Positions 62,653 through 64,000 of a DNA stretch of 64,000 bases are shown here, piece by piece. Position 1 is the stretch's first letter. Each line of letters opens with the position of its first letter. The DNA is from Ylistrum balloti (lineage: Eukaryota): NCBI RefSeq assembly GCF_031769215.1, contig NW_026782016.1:992001-1056000 (forward strand), written 5' to 3'. Under the pieces are notes generated by a model. It had not been told where the DNA came from. It did no database searches and worked only from the letters and a program-made list of their open reading frames with translations. The translations under genes and the position numbers were made by a program.

Positions 62653-63791
62653 TCATGTCGGTGGATTGACATCATAATCAAACATATGAAAATCCATTTT
62701 AAACATTTCCTGGATCTGTGCAATTATTCGCCTTGGAATGTCTGCATAAGCCTTTACTAAAGCTTGTCTACGTTGATCCTTCCTCTCTACGCTGGATAGA
62801 GGGTTCGTATACATTGCTGTTAAAACAGCTTTGATGAATTCGTCAACATTAACATCGCCCTTTTCCTGAAATGATGACAATGGAAAGGAAATATTTGTTC
62901 TAATATAACCTTGTATCTTGAATGCTTCCCACATTTTCATAAAGTAGGCTAGTTTGTTACTACAGCATTGTTGCATCACATTGCGATCAATTGCCTGCCA
63001 CATCGTTTCTATAACCCCCTCCATTGTTTTATTTGTACCAGATCCATGAAACATTTTCGTTAGTGTTGTTTTCATTTCCCTACTAATATTCAGTTTATCT
63101 ATAATGTTCTCCGTATCTCTTGTCAGTGTCTCTTGCTTTATTACATAATTGTAATCTACATCACAAACTCTACATAAAGTGTAAACTGGACACCAGTGAC
63201 GGTTGATAGATCTTCCTTGAAGAGCATTTGTGGTTACACTTTCTACAAAATCTTGGAAAGAAATGTCATATCCACATTCACCAGCATCAGTTATAAACAG
63301 CCCTTTACCTAATGAGCGCGCTAGTGATTTAGCACTTGAAGCAAATCTTAAGAGGTAGAACTTGTCTATAAATGCAGAAAAAAGTCTTGAATATGGATCT
63401 CGGGAAACGACAACACCTTTCGTCCCCAGTGATTGATGATTTGGTGATAACGATATGGTAAGTTCGTTACTTATGCCGTGTATCTTGCTCCTGGAAATGC
63501 CAAATGCTTTAGTAGCCGGTATGCCTTTATCGACAATTAAAAGCACAATAGCCCAAAATGTACTTCCGGCTTTTGCAACTTTACAAATGCTTACGTTTAG
63601 TTTCGTTGATTGGAAAAATATTGCTCGACCTTGCCAATATTTGATTTTGTATTTGTCTATCAGATCAGTTCTGTCACATCCTTTCTGCAAATGGGTGACA
63701 CGATCATTCCATGCTTTCATTGTGCCTGTAGGATCGTCAGTGTAATGGGTATCCGTCTTGGTCTGATGTTGTTTGAATGCAATGTCCCTGA
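62653..63791 (-). CDS. Carbohydrate sulfotransferase (Sulfotransfer_2 family, CHST11/12/14-like), terminal catalytic exon; N-terminal anchor exon lies outside the window
   Basis: Acceptor ttcttccag at 63792-63793, phase 1, open to the stop at 62653. It has the 5'-PSB motif ICKVAKAGSTFW, the 3'-PB motif SRDPYSRLFSAF, and NRHW, LCRVCDVDY and DFHMFDY, all typical of this family. Confidence 0.9.
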
Positions 63792-64000
63792 CTGGAAGAA
63801 ACAGATATAAGTGTTAATTTAAAAAATTGGCATTTGATAAAAAGTTGACTATTGACGCCATATGACGCCATTATATTATGTATTACAGGTTTGCTGCTAT
63901 CATACACAAAATACTTTACTGTGATTTGCAGTGCTTAGACAAGAGGAAATCAGCAAAACAAATATCGACGAACACTGCTTTATCTTCTAAGAGACAGAAA

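Overview
AT-rich eukaryotic genomic DNA with GT-AG introns, microsatellites and one 232-N assembly gap. It is probably a bivalve mollusc, inferred from the multi-copy HSPA12 array and the repeat landscape. From left to right it holds: (1) the 3' part of a class A GPCR (+, truncated by the window edge); (2) five complete HSPA12-family (atypical Hsp70) genes, four in tandem on the - strand and a fifth head-to-head on the + strand, all with the same four-exon core but unrelated N-terminal exons; (3) a repeat-rich gene-free stretch (about 42.2-50 kb) with a palindromic non-autonomous element; (4) a 7-exon secreted multidomain lectin-like gene on the - strand (signal/anchor, F5/8 type C discoidin, PAN/apple, C-type lectin domain) carrying one apparent 1-bp frameshift; (5) the catalytic exon of a Sulfotransfer_2 (CHST-like) carbohydrate sulfotransferase (-, 5' end outside the window). 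I reconstructed the exon boundaries by hand from splice signals and reading-frame phase. No database searches were run, so domain names rest on motif recognition. No CRISPR array, rRNA or tRNA was seen.
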